NCBI GenBank assembly: GCA_022340515.1
Contig: JAJDNT010000261.1
Span: 1 to 62,879 of the forward strand
DNA length: 62,879 bases
Reading direction: 5' to 3'
Origin: Deltaproteobacteria bacterium
GTDB lineage: Bacteria > Desulfobacterota > Syntrophobacteria > BM002
Made by a program: the position numbers and the translations under genes. Of this stretch, positions 7,571 to 17,259 are shown piece after piece; position 1 is the first letter of the stretch, and each line of letters begins with the position of its first letter. Below the pieces are notes generated by a model. That model was not told where the DNA came from and searched no databases. It was given only the letters and a program-made list of their open reading frames with translations.

Positions 7571-7641
7571 AAAAGCAAAAGTAATGAAGCTTGGAAAATT
7601 AAAATGTGAAATATCGCATCAACACAAGGAGAATTAAACTC

Positions 7642-8742
7642 ATGAAACACCTAGCGATGAAAGTATTGCTTGCCACCCTGGTCGTATTTTTACCGCTGTC
7701 TTCATGGGCCTACGAGATAAACGACAAACTATCCATTGGGGGAATTCTTGCCGGTGCCTACCAATATCAGGCCGTGGACGATGACGAAGATAAAGGTCGC
7801 GGAGCTGTTCCCTTCCAGGCAGAGATCAGCTTTACTCCAGACGAAAACAATGAATTTTTTGCAAAATTCGGCTTTGCAGCAGGTAACGGCTTGAATGATC
7901 AAACGGGTTTCAACCTGGCACCTTGGGCAGCCGACCAAGAAGATGATCTCAAGGACATAAACGGCAGGAACAGGGATTACCTGCTTACGGCTTGGTACAA
8001 GTACACCTTTCACTTTAGTGAAGAACACACATTGGACTTCACTGGTGGAATCATAGACGCAACCGATTATTTGGACGAGAATGCTTACGCCAATGATGAA
8101 TTCACCCAGTTTATGAACGAGGCACTGGTAAATGGTCCCCACGTGTTTCTTCCCTCCTACGATATTGGTGGCGCCTTCGAGTGGAAGATCAGCAACTTCA
8201 ATGTCAGGGGAGTCATTATGAATGTGGGCGAGAATGACGAAGGCAGTAGCTATCACTTTTACGGCGTCCAAGTTGGCTACACTTTGAGCACCTCCCTGGG
8301 AGAAGGTACCTACCGGGTGATTGTTGACCGCACCAGCAAACAATTCCTAGACAGGGAGGGAGAAGATAAAAAAAATCTGATGGCAGTGGTGCTGTCATTT
8401 GATCAACAGTTGGGCGATACTATTGGTGTTTGGCTTCGCTTTGGCTGGCAGGATGACAAGGCAGCGGTGGACTATGACGCAATTTACTCAGGAGGTATTA
8501 ACATTAGCGGCAACCTGTGGAAGCGGGAAAATGATAATATCGGTCTCGGTTACGCTTACCTGAACGGAGGGAATCTGGATATAGATCAGACCCAGGTTTT
8601 TGAAGGCTACTATCGTCTCGTGCTAAACGATTATTTGGCTGTTACGGCGGACGTACAGTACATGAAAGATGACTATAAAGACAGCGCTGATTCTGAACCC
8701 AAAGGGGTTATCCTAGGTTTACGAGCCACAGCGGAATTTTAA
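7642..8742 (+). CDS. OprB-like (carbohydrate-selective family) outer-membrane porin
   Basis: AAGGAG lies 9 nt before the ATG at 7642. Signal peptide ...SSWA-YE, alternating beta-strand pattern, the FEGYYRL motif and a C-terminal aromatic residue (AEF). Confidence 0.7.
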   Translation: MKHLAMKVLLATLVVFLPLSSWAYEINDKLSIGGILAGAYQYQAVDDDEDKGRGAVPFQAEISFTPDENNEFFAKFGFAAGNGLNDQTGFNLAPWAADQEDDLKDINGRNRDYLLTAWYKYTFHFSEEHTLDFTGGIIDATDYLDENAYANDEFTQFMNEALVNGPHVFLPSYDIGGAFEWKISNFNVRGVIMNVGENDEGSSYHFYGVQVGYTLSTSLGEGTYRVIVDRTSKQFLDREGEDKKNLMAVVLSFDQQLGDTIGVWLRFGWQDDKAAVDYDAIYSGGINISGNLWKRENDNIGLGYAYLNGGNLDIDQTQVFEGYYRLVLNDYLAVTADVQYMKDDYKDSADSEPKGVILGLRATAEF

Positions 8743-9185
8743 AAATTATAAAGCCTGGCACCGTTGTTATGCCTGTCTAAACTGCAAGGATCCCACCCTT
8801 GAAGGACCGCTACCCTGAGAGTTGGTCTTTCCTTAATGGGTGAGTCTGCTGGAGAGTGGACACCTTCCGGGCTGTAAGCCTTGGCCCATGGTCCTAAACT
8901 TAAAGGTGATGGCGGAGTCAGGCTTTTTCCTCCTTGACATTCTCAGGGTGCCTTGGTTATCCTAACTAAATCAAAAATCTTCAAATTATTTTAAGCCCTT
9001 ACGGCATATCACTGGCTACTATTTGGGCAGCCGTTGTCAATTATTCTCACTTAGTATGCCCCATTCTTTGTCTTTTTAGGGCCCCATATGTTGCTTTTAA
9101 AGGCAACATGGGATATCGTTTAGAACCTCACATTTTATGCCAACCATCCCTAAGCAACTAGTCAGTTCAAGGAGCCAATTTTAGG

Positions 9186-12128
9186 GTGGACCGCAGAACC
9201 TTCCTAAAAATTGCCGGTGTGGGTGGTCTATCGTTTGCCGCCAGCTGCACTTCCCAACCAGCCAAGACTTTATATACACTCGTTCAGGCGCCGGACGACA
9301 TGGTAACCGGCAAGGCTACCTGGTATGCTTCAACTTGCCGTGAGTGCCCGGCTGGCTGCGGCATTCTTGCCAAGAACAGAGAGGCAAGGATAGTCAAGGT
9401 CGAGGGTAATCCCCTGCATCCCATCAACCAGGGCAGGCTCTGCATGCGGGGCCAGGCCGCCCTCCAGGGTGTCTACAATCCCGATAGAATCAAGACTCCC
9501 CTCCTAAAAGAAGCTGGCAAGTACCGCTCGATCACTTATGCTGAAGCTGAGGCCCTGCTGTATGCCAGGATTAAAGCAGCGGCTAAAAAAGGAAAGGGCA
9601 GGGTCCGCATTGTCACTGAGACTGTGGGAGAAAGTCTTCTTAATCTAATGGGCGAGTCTCTTGATAATTGGGGCTCCGGCGAACCGCTAGTTTTTGAGCC
9701 TTACGCTTATGAAGCGCTAAAGGAAGCCAATTCTCAGGTCTTCGGGTTTGAAGGTCTCCCCTCCTACCAACTGGACAAGGCAGATTTCCTCTTATCCTTC
9801 GGTGCGGATTTTGTCGAAACATGGCTCTCTCCAGTCGAATATGCTCGAAAATTCAAAGAGATGCATGGGCTGAAAGGGAGCGACAAGGCCCTCTTCTTCC
9901 ACGTAAGCCCCTATCAGTCCATAACCGGCGCCAATGCAGATTTATGGTTCTCCTGTGTACCAGACAGCGAATATGCTATAGCCCTAGGACTCTTGCGGGA
10001 AAGTGTGCGCCACGGCAAAAACAGGTCATTGCCCGAGAATATTCAAGCTGCCATCGAAGAAATATCAGCACCTTACACCAGTGAAAAGGTCTCGGCTCTT
10101 TCTGGTCTATCTCCTGAACTTTTCCATAAGCTCTACGTTCATCTCCATACAGCGCAGAGACCTCTCATTCTCGGTACCCCCACAGGAGCATCTGGAGCTT
10201 TCAGTCTGCAGACCAACATGGCCGCTAATCTCCTCAATTTGGTTTTCGATCCTACTCTCAGCCTTATAGATTTCAACAATCGGCACAGAGTCGAGCTGGC
10301 GGCCAGGAGGTCAGAAGTACTGAGATTTTTCAAAGAGGTAAGCAATGGTGCCATTGATCTTCTTTTATTAAACAACGTCAACCCGGCTTATGCTTTACCT
10401 CGGGGGAGCGGTGCCAGGACAGCTATTATCAGGGACGATTTATTTGTTGTTAGTTTTAGCAATTTCATGGATGAAACCTCCGAGTTGGCTGACCTCATTC
10501 TGCCAGTACGCCTTCCTTTGGAGACCTGGGACGAGTACGGCGGCAAGGTGGGAATGGTTTCAACCATGCAGCCAACCATGGGCAGTCTGTCCGGAGCGCC
10601 AAACCTAGGTGACCTATTGCTTCGTACTGGCTTGGGCCCCCAACGGCCTTATAAAAACTTTCAAGCTTATCTCTTCACCCAGCTCAGCCTAAACGGTACT
10701 ATCAAGGATAAGAAAGATTGGCTTCAGCTTTTACAAACCGGCGGGTTATTCGACCTGGAGAGCCGAAAGAGGACGCCGGAGCTGACTCTTTCAAGCAAAT
10801 TCAAGTCAATTTTTACTAATCCTCCTGTGCCCAAAAAAGCCGAATTAGTTCTCCTTACAGTTCCATCTATCCGTTTCTTTGATGGCAGGGGTGCCAACAA
10901 GCCTTGGCTTTGTGAGGTGCCGGACACCTTAACTCAGGTTGCCTGGCAGACTCCAATTCTATTGCACCCCGAAACTTTAGCCAAAAGAGGGCTGAAACAG
11001 GGCGACATTGTCCAAGTAGAATCGCGCTGGGGCCGGCTAGAGGCGCCTGCCTATGAATCCCCTAGCGTACATTCTACTGTTGCTGTCATGGCCATCGGGC
11101 AGGGTCATACCGCTTATGGGCGTTATGCAGAAGGTCAAGGATTGAATCCAGTGGCCCTCCTACCTCCCGAATTGGAACCCAGTTCCGGGGCTCCCTTTTT
11201 CACCGCCGGGCCTATTGCTCTCAAAAACACCGGCCGCTCCATAAAGTTGGCCCACACCGATGGCAGTCGAGTGCAACATGAAAGAAAAATTGCCCTCTCC
11301 GTTAGCTTAAAAAACCTGCCATACACTGAACCACATGAGAAGCACAGGCTGGGCATGTGGGAATATCCCCTGGTGCTCCCCTTGCCCGAGGCCTATGACC
11401 GAGAAACCAGGGATATCTATCCTCCTCACGACCACCAGGATTATCGATGGGCCATGGTGGTGGATCTGGATAAATGTATCGGCTGTTCCGCCTGCGCTGC
11501 TGCCTGCTATGCCGAAAACAATCTGGGCGTGGTAGGCGAGCAAAGAGTCGTTGAAGGGAGGGAAATGGCCTGGCTTCAGATCCAGCGTTATGAGGATCCT
11601 GAGCGCAGAGAAAGACTCACCTTTCTTCCCATGCTCTGCCAGCACTGCGACAATGCTCCCTGCGAGTCGGTTTGCCCTGTCTTCGCCCCGCACCACTCCA
11701 AGGAAGGAATAAACAACCAGATCTACAACCGCTGTATAGGCACCCGTTTTTGCTCCCAGGATTGTCCTTATAAGGTAAGGCGCTTCAACTGGTACGTCTG
11801 GCAGTGGCCGGAGCCGTTGAACTTGCAGCTGAACCCCGAAGTGACTGTTCGCACCAAAGGCGTCATGGAAAAATGTTCATTTTGTATCCAACGAATTAAA
11901 GACGCTCACAATAGGGCCAAGAACGAGGGCAGGAAGATACTGGACGGTGAGATTCAACCCGCCTGTGTGCAGACCTGCCCTACCGGAGTCTTCACCTTTG
12001 GCAACCTCATGGATGAACAAAGTGAAGTAAGGAAAAAAGTCGCAGACAATAGAGCATACCAGGTCATGGGATATCTCAACACCAAACCGGCGGTGATCTA
12101 TTTAAAGAAGGTGGTGCAGGAAATATGA
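9186..12128 (+). CDS. actB: Alternative Complex III subunit ActB (molybdopterin-oxidoreductase-like domain fused to a 4Fe-4S domain)
   Basis: Tat signal MDRRTFLKIAG. N-terminal CxxCxxxC..C cluster (CRECPAGC...C). The C-terminal third carries several ferredoxin Cys motifs (CIGCSACAAAC, CQHCDNAPC, CPYKVR, CVQTCP). It is followed by NrfD-like, DUF3341, NrfD-like and multiheme genes. Confidence 0.85.
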   Translation: MDRRTFLKIAGVGGLSFAASCTSQPAKTLYTLVQAPDDMVTGKATWYASTCRECPAGCGILAKNREARIVKVEGNPLHPINQGRLCMRGQAALQGVYNPDRIKTPLLKEAGKYRSITYAEAEALLYARIKAAAKKGKGRVRIVTETVGESLLNLMGESLDNWGSGEPLVFEPYAYEALKEANSQVFGFEGLPSYQLDKADFLLSFGADFVETWLSPVEYARKFKEMHGLKGSDKALFFHVSPYQSITGANADLWFSCVPDSEYAIALGLLRESVRHGKNRSLPENIQAAIEEISAPYTSEKVSALSGLSPELFHKLYVHLHTAQRPLILGTPTGASGAFSLQTNMAANLLNLVFDPTLSLIDFNNRHRVELAARRSEVLRFFKEVSNGAIDLLLLNNVNPAYALPRGSGARTAIIRDDLFVVSFSNFMDETSELADLILPVRLPLETWDEYGGKVGMVSTMQPTMGSLSGAPNLGDLLLRTGLGPQRPYKNFQAYLFTQLSLNGTIKDKKDWLQLLQTGGLFDLESRKRTPELTLSSKFKSIFTNPPVPKKAELVLLTVPSIRFFDGRGANKPWLCEVPDTLTQVAWQTPILLHPETLAKRGLKQGDIVQVESRWGRLEAPAYESPSVHSTVAVMAIGQGHTAYGRYAEGQGLNPVALLPPELEPSSGAPFFTAGPIALKNTGRSIKLAHTDGSRVQHERKIALSVSLKNLPYTEPHEKHRLGMWEYPLVLPLPEAYDRETRDIYPPHDHQDYRWAMVVDLDKCIGCSACAAACYAENNLGVVGEQRVVEGREMAWLQIQRYEDPERRERLTFLPMLCQHCDNAPCESVCPVFAPHHSKEGINNQIYNRCIGTRFCSQDCPYKVRRFNWYVWQWPEPLNLQLNPEVTVRTKGVMEKCSFCIQRIKDAHNRAKNEGRKILDGEIQPACVQTCPTGVFTFGNLMDEQSEVRKKVADNRAYQVMGYLNTKPAVIYLKKVVQEI

Positions 12129-13450
12129 GCGAGTCGCCTCAACTCACATATGCACAGATCGACCGAACCGTTCTGGACACCCTACGTCCCCCCATAGGCG
12201 CCTATTGGCTGGTCATCATGGTGCTCATCCTGGGGGTGCTCTTAGGAGTTGCTTGCTGGGCCTATCAGATTTTTATCGGTATTGGCGCAGGGGGGCAGAA
12301 TATTCCCGTTGCCTGGGGCACCTACCTAATCAATTTCGTCTTCTGGGTAGGTATCGCCCATTCGGGGACGCTCATCTCTGCCATTCTCTACCTGTTTAGA
12401 GCCGGCTGGCGCAACCCCATTGCCAGGGCGGCGGAAACTATGACCGTCTTTGCCGTCTCCATAGCAGGGCTCTTTCCCTTCATTCATCTGGGGCGGGTCT
12501 GGGTTGTCTATTACATGCTTCCCTACCCCAATCAGCGTTACCTCTGGCCCAATTTTCAGTCTCCCTTGGTCTTCGATATGGTGGCCATCAGCACCTACCT
12601 TACCGTGTCAACCCTGTTCTGGTACACCGGAATGCTCCCCGACCTAGCTCTGGTGCGAGACCGAGCCACAGGATTTCGCCAGAAAGTCTTTACCGTGATT
12701 TCCCTCGGCTGGACCGGCAAGCACGAACAGTGGCGGCACTACACCCGGGGGTATCTGTTTTTTGCCGCCCTGGCCACCCCACTGGTGGTCTCGGTGCACA
12801 GCGTGGTCTCCTGGGATTTTGCCCTGGGCATTGTCCCAGGCTGGCATAGTACCATCTTTGCTCCCTACTTCGTGGCCGGAGCCATCCATTCCGGACTTGC
12901 CATGGTGTTGACCCTGATGATCCCGCTGAGGAAACTCTTCCACTACGAGAGAATCGTCACCATGAGGATTCTGGAAGCCGTGGCCAAGACCATCATCTTT
13001 ACCGGTCTCATTGTAGGCTATGCCTATGCAGTCGAGTACTTTTTGGCCTGGTACAGCCATAACCCTGTCGAACTGGAGGCCTTCCGCTGGCGAGCCCTTG
13101 GAGACTACAGTATCGAATTCTGGATCATGGTGGTGTGCAACAGCATTATTCCTTTGCTGTTTTTCTTCAAGAGAATTCGTACCAGCATTGCCTGGCTTTT
13201 CACCATCTCTATCCTGATTAACATCGGCATGTGGTACGAGCGTTTCGTAATCATCATTGGCGGTGTGGCCCATGACTTCATCCCCCATGCCTGGGGGCTG
13301 TACTGGCCGTCTGGGATTGAATGGGGAATAATGATCGGCAGTTTCTCGTTGTTTTTTCTTTTCTTTGTGCTCTTTGTCAAACACCTGCCCTCCATCTCTA
13401 TGACGGAAATGAAGGAAACCCTTGGTGAAGGAGGAGGCCATGCCCACTGA
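12125..13450 (+). CDS. actC: ACIII subunit ActC (NrfD/PsrC-like quinol-interacting membrane subunit)
   Basis: ATGA overlap with actB. 441-aa polytopic NrfD-family protein. Confidence 0.8.
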   Translation: MSESPQLTYAQIDRTVLDTLRPPIGAYWLVIMVLILGVLLGVACWAYQIFIGIGAGGQNIPVAWGTYLINFVFWVGIAHSGTLISAILYLFRAGWRNPIARAAETMTVFAVSIAGLFPFIHLGRVWVVYYMLPYPNQRYLWPNFQSPLVFDMVAISTYLTVSTLFWYTGMLPDLALVRDRATGFRQKVFTVISLGWTGKHEQWRHYTRGYLFFAALATPLVVSVHSVVSWDFALGIVPGWHSTIFAPYFVAGAIHSGLAMVLTLMIPLRKLFHYERIVTMRILEAVAKTIIFTGLIVGYAYAVEYFLAWYSHNPVELEAFRWRALGDYSIEFWIMVVCNSIIPLLFFFKRIRTSIAWLFTISILINIGMWYERFVIIIGGVAHDFIPHAWGLYWPSGIEWGIMIGSFSLFFLFFVLFVKHLPSISMTEMKETLGEGGGHAH

Positions 13451-13946
13451 CCGGCAGGTGCTTGCCGTCTTTGCCGATGAAAATCAGACTGTCGCGGCTA
13501 TTGAGGCTCTCAAACGGTCGCCGTGGAAGCTCGACCGGGTTCACAGCCCCTTGCCCAGCCACAGGATCTTTGCCGCCCTGAAGCTAAAGAAAAGCCCTGT
13601 GGGGTGGTTTACCCTTGTAGGCGGCATATTAGGATTTTTTACCGGCTTCGGCCTAGCAATCTACACCGCCAGCGTGTGGAAACTCATTGTTTGGGGCAAA
13701 CCCGTAATTGCCTGGATTCCTTTTGTCATCGTTGGCTTCGAATTTACCATCTTATTTTCTGTCTTTGGCAATGTCTTGGGTCTTCTTATCTTTGGCGGCC
13801 TGCCCGATTACAAAGGTCTCAGGCAATACGATCGCCGCTGCTCCGGTGAACATTTTGGCATTGTTGCCTCCTGCACTGAGGAAGAGCAAGGCAAAGTTAT
13901 TGAGTTTTTCCAGAAACAGGGAGGAGAAGCCAGGGTCTTCGAGTGA
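13440..13946 (+). CDS. actD: ACIII subunit ActD (DUF3341-like)
   Basis: Small protein with a central two-TM hairpin after a soluble N-domain. Its position after actC fits. The start could be 13422 or 13440. Confidence 0.7.
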   Translation: MPTDRQVLAVFADENQTVAAIEALKRSPWKLDRVHSPLPSHRIFAALKLKKSPVGWFTLVGGILGFFTGFGLAIYTASVWKLIVWGKPVIAWIPFVIVGFEFTILFSVFGNVLGLLIFGGLPDYKGLRQYDRRCSGEHFGIVASCTEEEQGKVIEFFQKQGGEARVFE

Positions 13947-13950
13947 AAAG

Positions 13951-14010
13951 GCATAGGGCATAGGGAAATACAGCTGCCAGCTTGCAACTGGCAGCGGGCA
14001 GCAAGCAGCG
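13951..14010. repeat. Word-stutter element (GCATAGGGCATAGGG) plus the GCTGCCAG/CTGGCAGC hairpin between actD and actF
   Basis: Same 5' words as 2281 and 18208. Lies in a 158-nt spacer inside an otherwise tightly packed operon. Confidence 0.65.
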
Positions 14011-14104
14011 TCGTTATTTGTTATACGGATGATCTGTCCTTATGAGCTGGCGTGAAGGTTGCTGCGATTTTTACGATTTCTAAACACTTTAGGCATTTAC
14101 CAAT

Positions 14105-15304
14105 ATGACCAAAGCAAACCCAGCGAGAAAGATCTCAAAACCAGTTTTAGGATTTTTCGTGCTTCTGGTGCTTGTGGGAGTAGTCACCTTTTTTGTTCAG
14201 CTCGCCGGCAAACATCCAGAGAAAGCCTGGCAGGCCTACCACATCAACTTCCTCCTCTGGTCCGCTGTTGCCCAGGGAGGACTGTTGTTTTCCATTGTCA
14301 TGCATCTCGTCGGAGCCAGCTGGAGTCAGCCTATGCAGAGACTGGCTGAATCCTTTGCCGCTTTTTTCCCTTTTTCATTTGTCCTCTTCATCTTGTTGTT
14401 CCTGGGCAGGGAGTATCTTTTCCCATGGCTGCATCTGGAACACGGCAAGGATTTCTGGCTCAGCCTACCTTTCCTCTTTTCCAGGGACCTTGTAGGTCTT
14501 TTGCTCCTTTATGGACTGGGGTTGGCCTATCTTTACTACGTCCTGCGGATCGAGCTAGAGCCGGGGGAAACTCAAGGAAAACTCAGGGATTTTCTCCTAC
14601 GAGGCAAGACAGGAAGCGAGGAGGAAGCTCTCGGCTACAAGAAAAAGATAACAGTGTTGAGCGTGCTCTATATTCTGGCTTACGCTCTCGTCCTCACCCT
14701 CATCAGTTTTGATCTGGTTATGAGCATGGAGCCCCACTGGTTTTCAACTTTATTTGGGGCTTATGCCTTTGCCAAGGCCTTTTATCTGGGGCTGGCCGCC
14801 CTGATGATTCTCTCCGCTCTCTTTTACCTCGGCAGGAGTGGAGAGTTGAGCCTGAGCTCTTCCCATTTTCACGATCTCGGCAAGCTCCTTTTCGCCTTCT
14901 GTTTGGTTTGGGCAGATTTTTTCTACGTGCAATTAGTGGTGATCTGGTACGGCAATATTTCAGAGGAGACAACTTACGTTATCCAGCGGGTTATGCTCCT
15001 CCCCTGGAGACAGCTGGCATGGACAGTAATGATTGTTGGTTTCGTGATCCCTTTTTTTATCTTGTTAAACCGCAAAGTCAAATCTAAACCAGTTCCAATG
15101 ATCATTCTTTGCACCGCGGTTATTTCTGTTCTGTGGCTCGAGCATCTACTCCTTCTCGGCCCTGCTTGGAATCATAATGTTGCCACCCTGCCTTTGGGCC
15201 CCACAGATTTTTTGATAACCTTGGGCTTTCTGGGCCTCATGGCGTTTTCAGTGGCTTCTTTCTTGCGATTGTTCCCCGAGTTTACCCCAAAGCGGATGAG
15301 TTAA
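14105..15304 (+). CDS. actF: ACIII subunit ActF (second NrfD-like membrane subunit)
   Basis: 399-aa polytopic protein in the canonical ActF position after ActD. Confidence 0.7.
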   Translation: MTKANPARKISKPVLGFFVLLVLVGVVTFFVQLAGKHPEKAWQAYHINFLLWSAVAQGGLLFSIVMHLVGASWSQPMQRLAESFAAFFPFSFVLFILLFLGREYLFPWLHLEHGKDFWLSLPFLFSRDLVGLLLLYGLGLAYLYYVLRIELEPGETQGKLRDFLLRGKTGSEEEALGYKKKITVLSVLYILAYALVLTLISFDLVMSMEPHWFSTLFGAYAFAKAFYLGLAALMILSALFYLGRSGELSLSSSHFHDLGKLLFAFCLVWADFFYVQLVVIWYGNISEETTYVIQRVMLLPWRQLAWTVMIVGFVIPFFILLNRKVKSKPVPMIILCTAVISVLWLEHLLLLGPAWNHNVATLPLGPTDFLITLGFLGLMAFSVASFLRLFPEFTPKRMS

Positions 15305-15855
15305 TGCAAGATCGGTTTAATTCAGAGAACGGTTTCTTAACCACATTAAAACGGAACAGGTGGCCCTTGATCCTGACCTTCCTGTCTACGCTTGGAATAA
15401 TTCTCTTTCTCTACTTTTTCTATGGTTATGCGACGGATATTGGCCCGGAACAGCCCATACCTTTCAGCCACCGGGTCCACGCCGGGGTGAAGAATATCCA
15501 GTGCCAATTCTGTCATCCCTATGTGGGTCGCTCCAAATTTCCCGGAATTCCGCCAGTAGAGAAATGCCTATACTGCCACAACTACATCATAAAAAAATTT
15601 CCTTGGATACAGAAGGAGCACGAGTATTACAACACCAAGACTCCAACGCCTTGGGTAAAGGTAAACTATATTCCAGAGTTTGTCTTCTTCAACCATCAAC
15701 GACACATTAAGAAGAAGCTGGCCTGCGAGGAGTGCCACGGGCAGGTGAAGACCATGGACAGACTCAAGGAAAACCGCTTCTTGATGGGATTTTGTGTCGA
15801 CTGCCACAGGCAGAAGAAGGCCAACCTCGGCTGCTGGCTGGCCTGTCACAACTAA
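15304..15855 (+). CDS. actA: Membrane-anchored multiheme cytochrome c (ActA-like)
   Basis: N-terminal TM helix. Four CxxCH motifs (CQFCH, CLYCH, CEECH, CVDCH) plus a C-terminal CWLACH (CxxxCH). TAATG junction with actF. Confidence 0.75.
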   Translation: MQDRFNSENGFLTTLKRNRWPLILTFLSTLGIILFLYFFYGYATDIGPEQPIPFSHRVHAGVKNIQCQFCHPYVGRSKFPGIPPVEKCLYCHNYIIKKFPWIQKEHEYYNTKTPTPWVKVNYIPEFVFFNHQRHIKKKLACEECHGQVKTMDRLKENRFLMGFCVDCHRQKKANLGCWLACHN

Positions 15856-15888
15856 TCGACCAGGGCGATACAAAAAAGAGTTATCCTA

Positions 15889-17259
15889 ATGGACTCATCA
15901 GCTACAAGTGCTACGCTTACCAACAGGACCGCCAGGGCTTTCTGCCTTACTTCGGCGGGCTGGATGGTAATGGCCACCCTCATGGGACTCGCCGGTGCCA
16001 CAGAGCTGATTGCCCCCGATCTGTCCCACAACATCGGCTGGCTGGTTTTCGGCAGGGTGCGGCCGATCCACGTTAATCTGGTGCTCTTTGGCTTTGTGAC
16101 CCCGGGGCTCCTGGCCTCAGCATTCTACTTTCTCCCTCGCCTCCTGCAGACTGAAATCTACAGCGAACGACTGGGGCTAATAACTGTATGGCTTTGGAAT
16201 ATCACCCTGTTAGCTGCCGTCATCAGCTTGGCCTCCGGTTTCTCTCAGGGCAGAGAGTATGCCGAGTTGATTTGGCCAGTAGATCTCTTGGTAGTCGCCT
16301 GCTTCGGCCTCGTTTGCTACAATCTGTTTATGACTGTCAAACGACGCCGGGAACCGCTTCTCTACGTCTCCGTCTGGTACGTCTGTGCTGCAGTCATCCT
16401 GACCTCTGTCACCTACTGCATCGGTAATGTCATCTGGCAACCAAACAGCGGCGCTTTAGTTGGCATTCCGGACGCCATCATCCTCTGGTTTTATGGCCAC
16501 AACATCTTCGGACTCCTCCTGACCCCCCTTGCCATTGCGGTAGCTTACTATGTCATTCCCACTGCCATCCGCAGTCCCCTCTACAGTCACACCCTGTCAC
16601 TCATTGGGTTTTGGTCTCTTCTCGTAGTATATACCCACATCGGCACCCACCACCTATTGCAGGTGCCGGTTCCTACTTGGCTAAAGGTGATTGCCATTGT
16701 GGACAGCATCGCCATGGTTATTCCCGTAATGGTTTTTCTCATCAACATTTGGTACACGGCCAAAGGCAAGCTTGGGGAAATCCATGCCGACATCGGGGCC
16801 AAATTTGTCTTCACCGGCACCATCATGTACTTCTTTGTCAGCATTCAGGGCTCAATTATGGCTTTGCCCCAGGTCCAACGGGTGACCCACTTCAACAACT
16901 GGGTGGTGGGACACGCCCATATCGGTGTCCTGGGATTCGCTGCCATGATTGCCTTGGGAGGACTCTACTTCATCATACCCAGGATCACTGGCAGGCCTCT
17001 CTATAGCAGGTTTCTTGCTGATCTTCAGTACTGGCTTGTCCTCATCGGCGTTGTTGGCTTTACTGTGGTTCTCACCACCGTGGGCTTGATTCAGGGCAAT
17101 GCCTGGCTCAACGGTGAGACTGTTTACCGGGTCTTGCCGGAAATTCATCTATACTATGTACTCAGGGCCTCCCTCGGCTTTTTGATCTTTAGTAGCGCCA
17201 TCATAGGCTTCTACAATATCATCAGAAGCTTACTCTCCCAATCCGGAGCGAAAGCATGA
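15889..17259 (+). CDS. ccoN: cbb3-type (C-family) heme-copper oxidase subunit I
   Basis: 12-TM protein with conserved His ligands (YGHNIFG, THHLL, VVGHAHIGVLGF). Followed by a CcoO-type gene with a 4-nt overlap. Confidence 0.85.
   Translation: MDSSATSATLTNRTARAFCLTSAGWMVMATLMGLAGATELIAPDLSHNIGWLVFGRVRPIHVNLVLFGFVTPGLLASAFYFLPRLLQTEIYSERLGLITVWLWNITLLAAVISLASGFSQGREYAELIWPVDLLVVACFGLVCYNLFMTVKRRREPLLYVSVWYVCAAVILTSVTYCIGNVIWQPNSGALVGIPDAIILWFYGHNIFGLLLTPLAIAVAYYVIPTAIRSPLYSHTLSLIGFWSLLVVYTHIGTHHLLQVPVPTWLKVIAIVDSIAMVIPVMVFLINIWYTAKGKLGEIHADIGAKFVFTGTIMYFFVSIQGSIMALPQVQRVTHFNNWVVGHAHIGVLGFAAMIALGGLYFIIPRITGRPLYSRFLADLQYWLVLIGVVGFTVVLTTVGLIQGNAWLNGETVYRVLPEIHLYYVLRASLGFLIFSSAIIGFYNIIRSLLSQSGAKA

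Noticed and set aside
8752-8785. A sigma54-like promoter string, CTGGCACCGTTGTTATGC, just after the porin gene.
   Set aside because: The -24 TGGCAC is good, but the -12 element is TTAT rather than TTGC at the required spacing, and no obvious downstream gene or activator is nearby.
12644-13447. A 267-aa minus-strand ORF antisense to actC. Similar long antisense ORFs lie at 7729-8343, 52224-52832 and 53908-54609.
   Set aside because: Each lies entirely inside a gene with strong family signatures on the other strand, and their translations are low-complexity with no recognisable domains.
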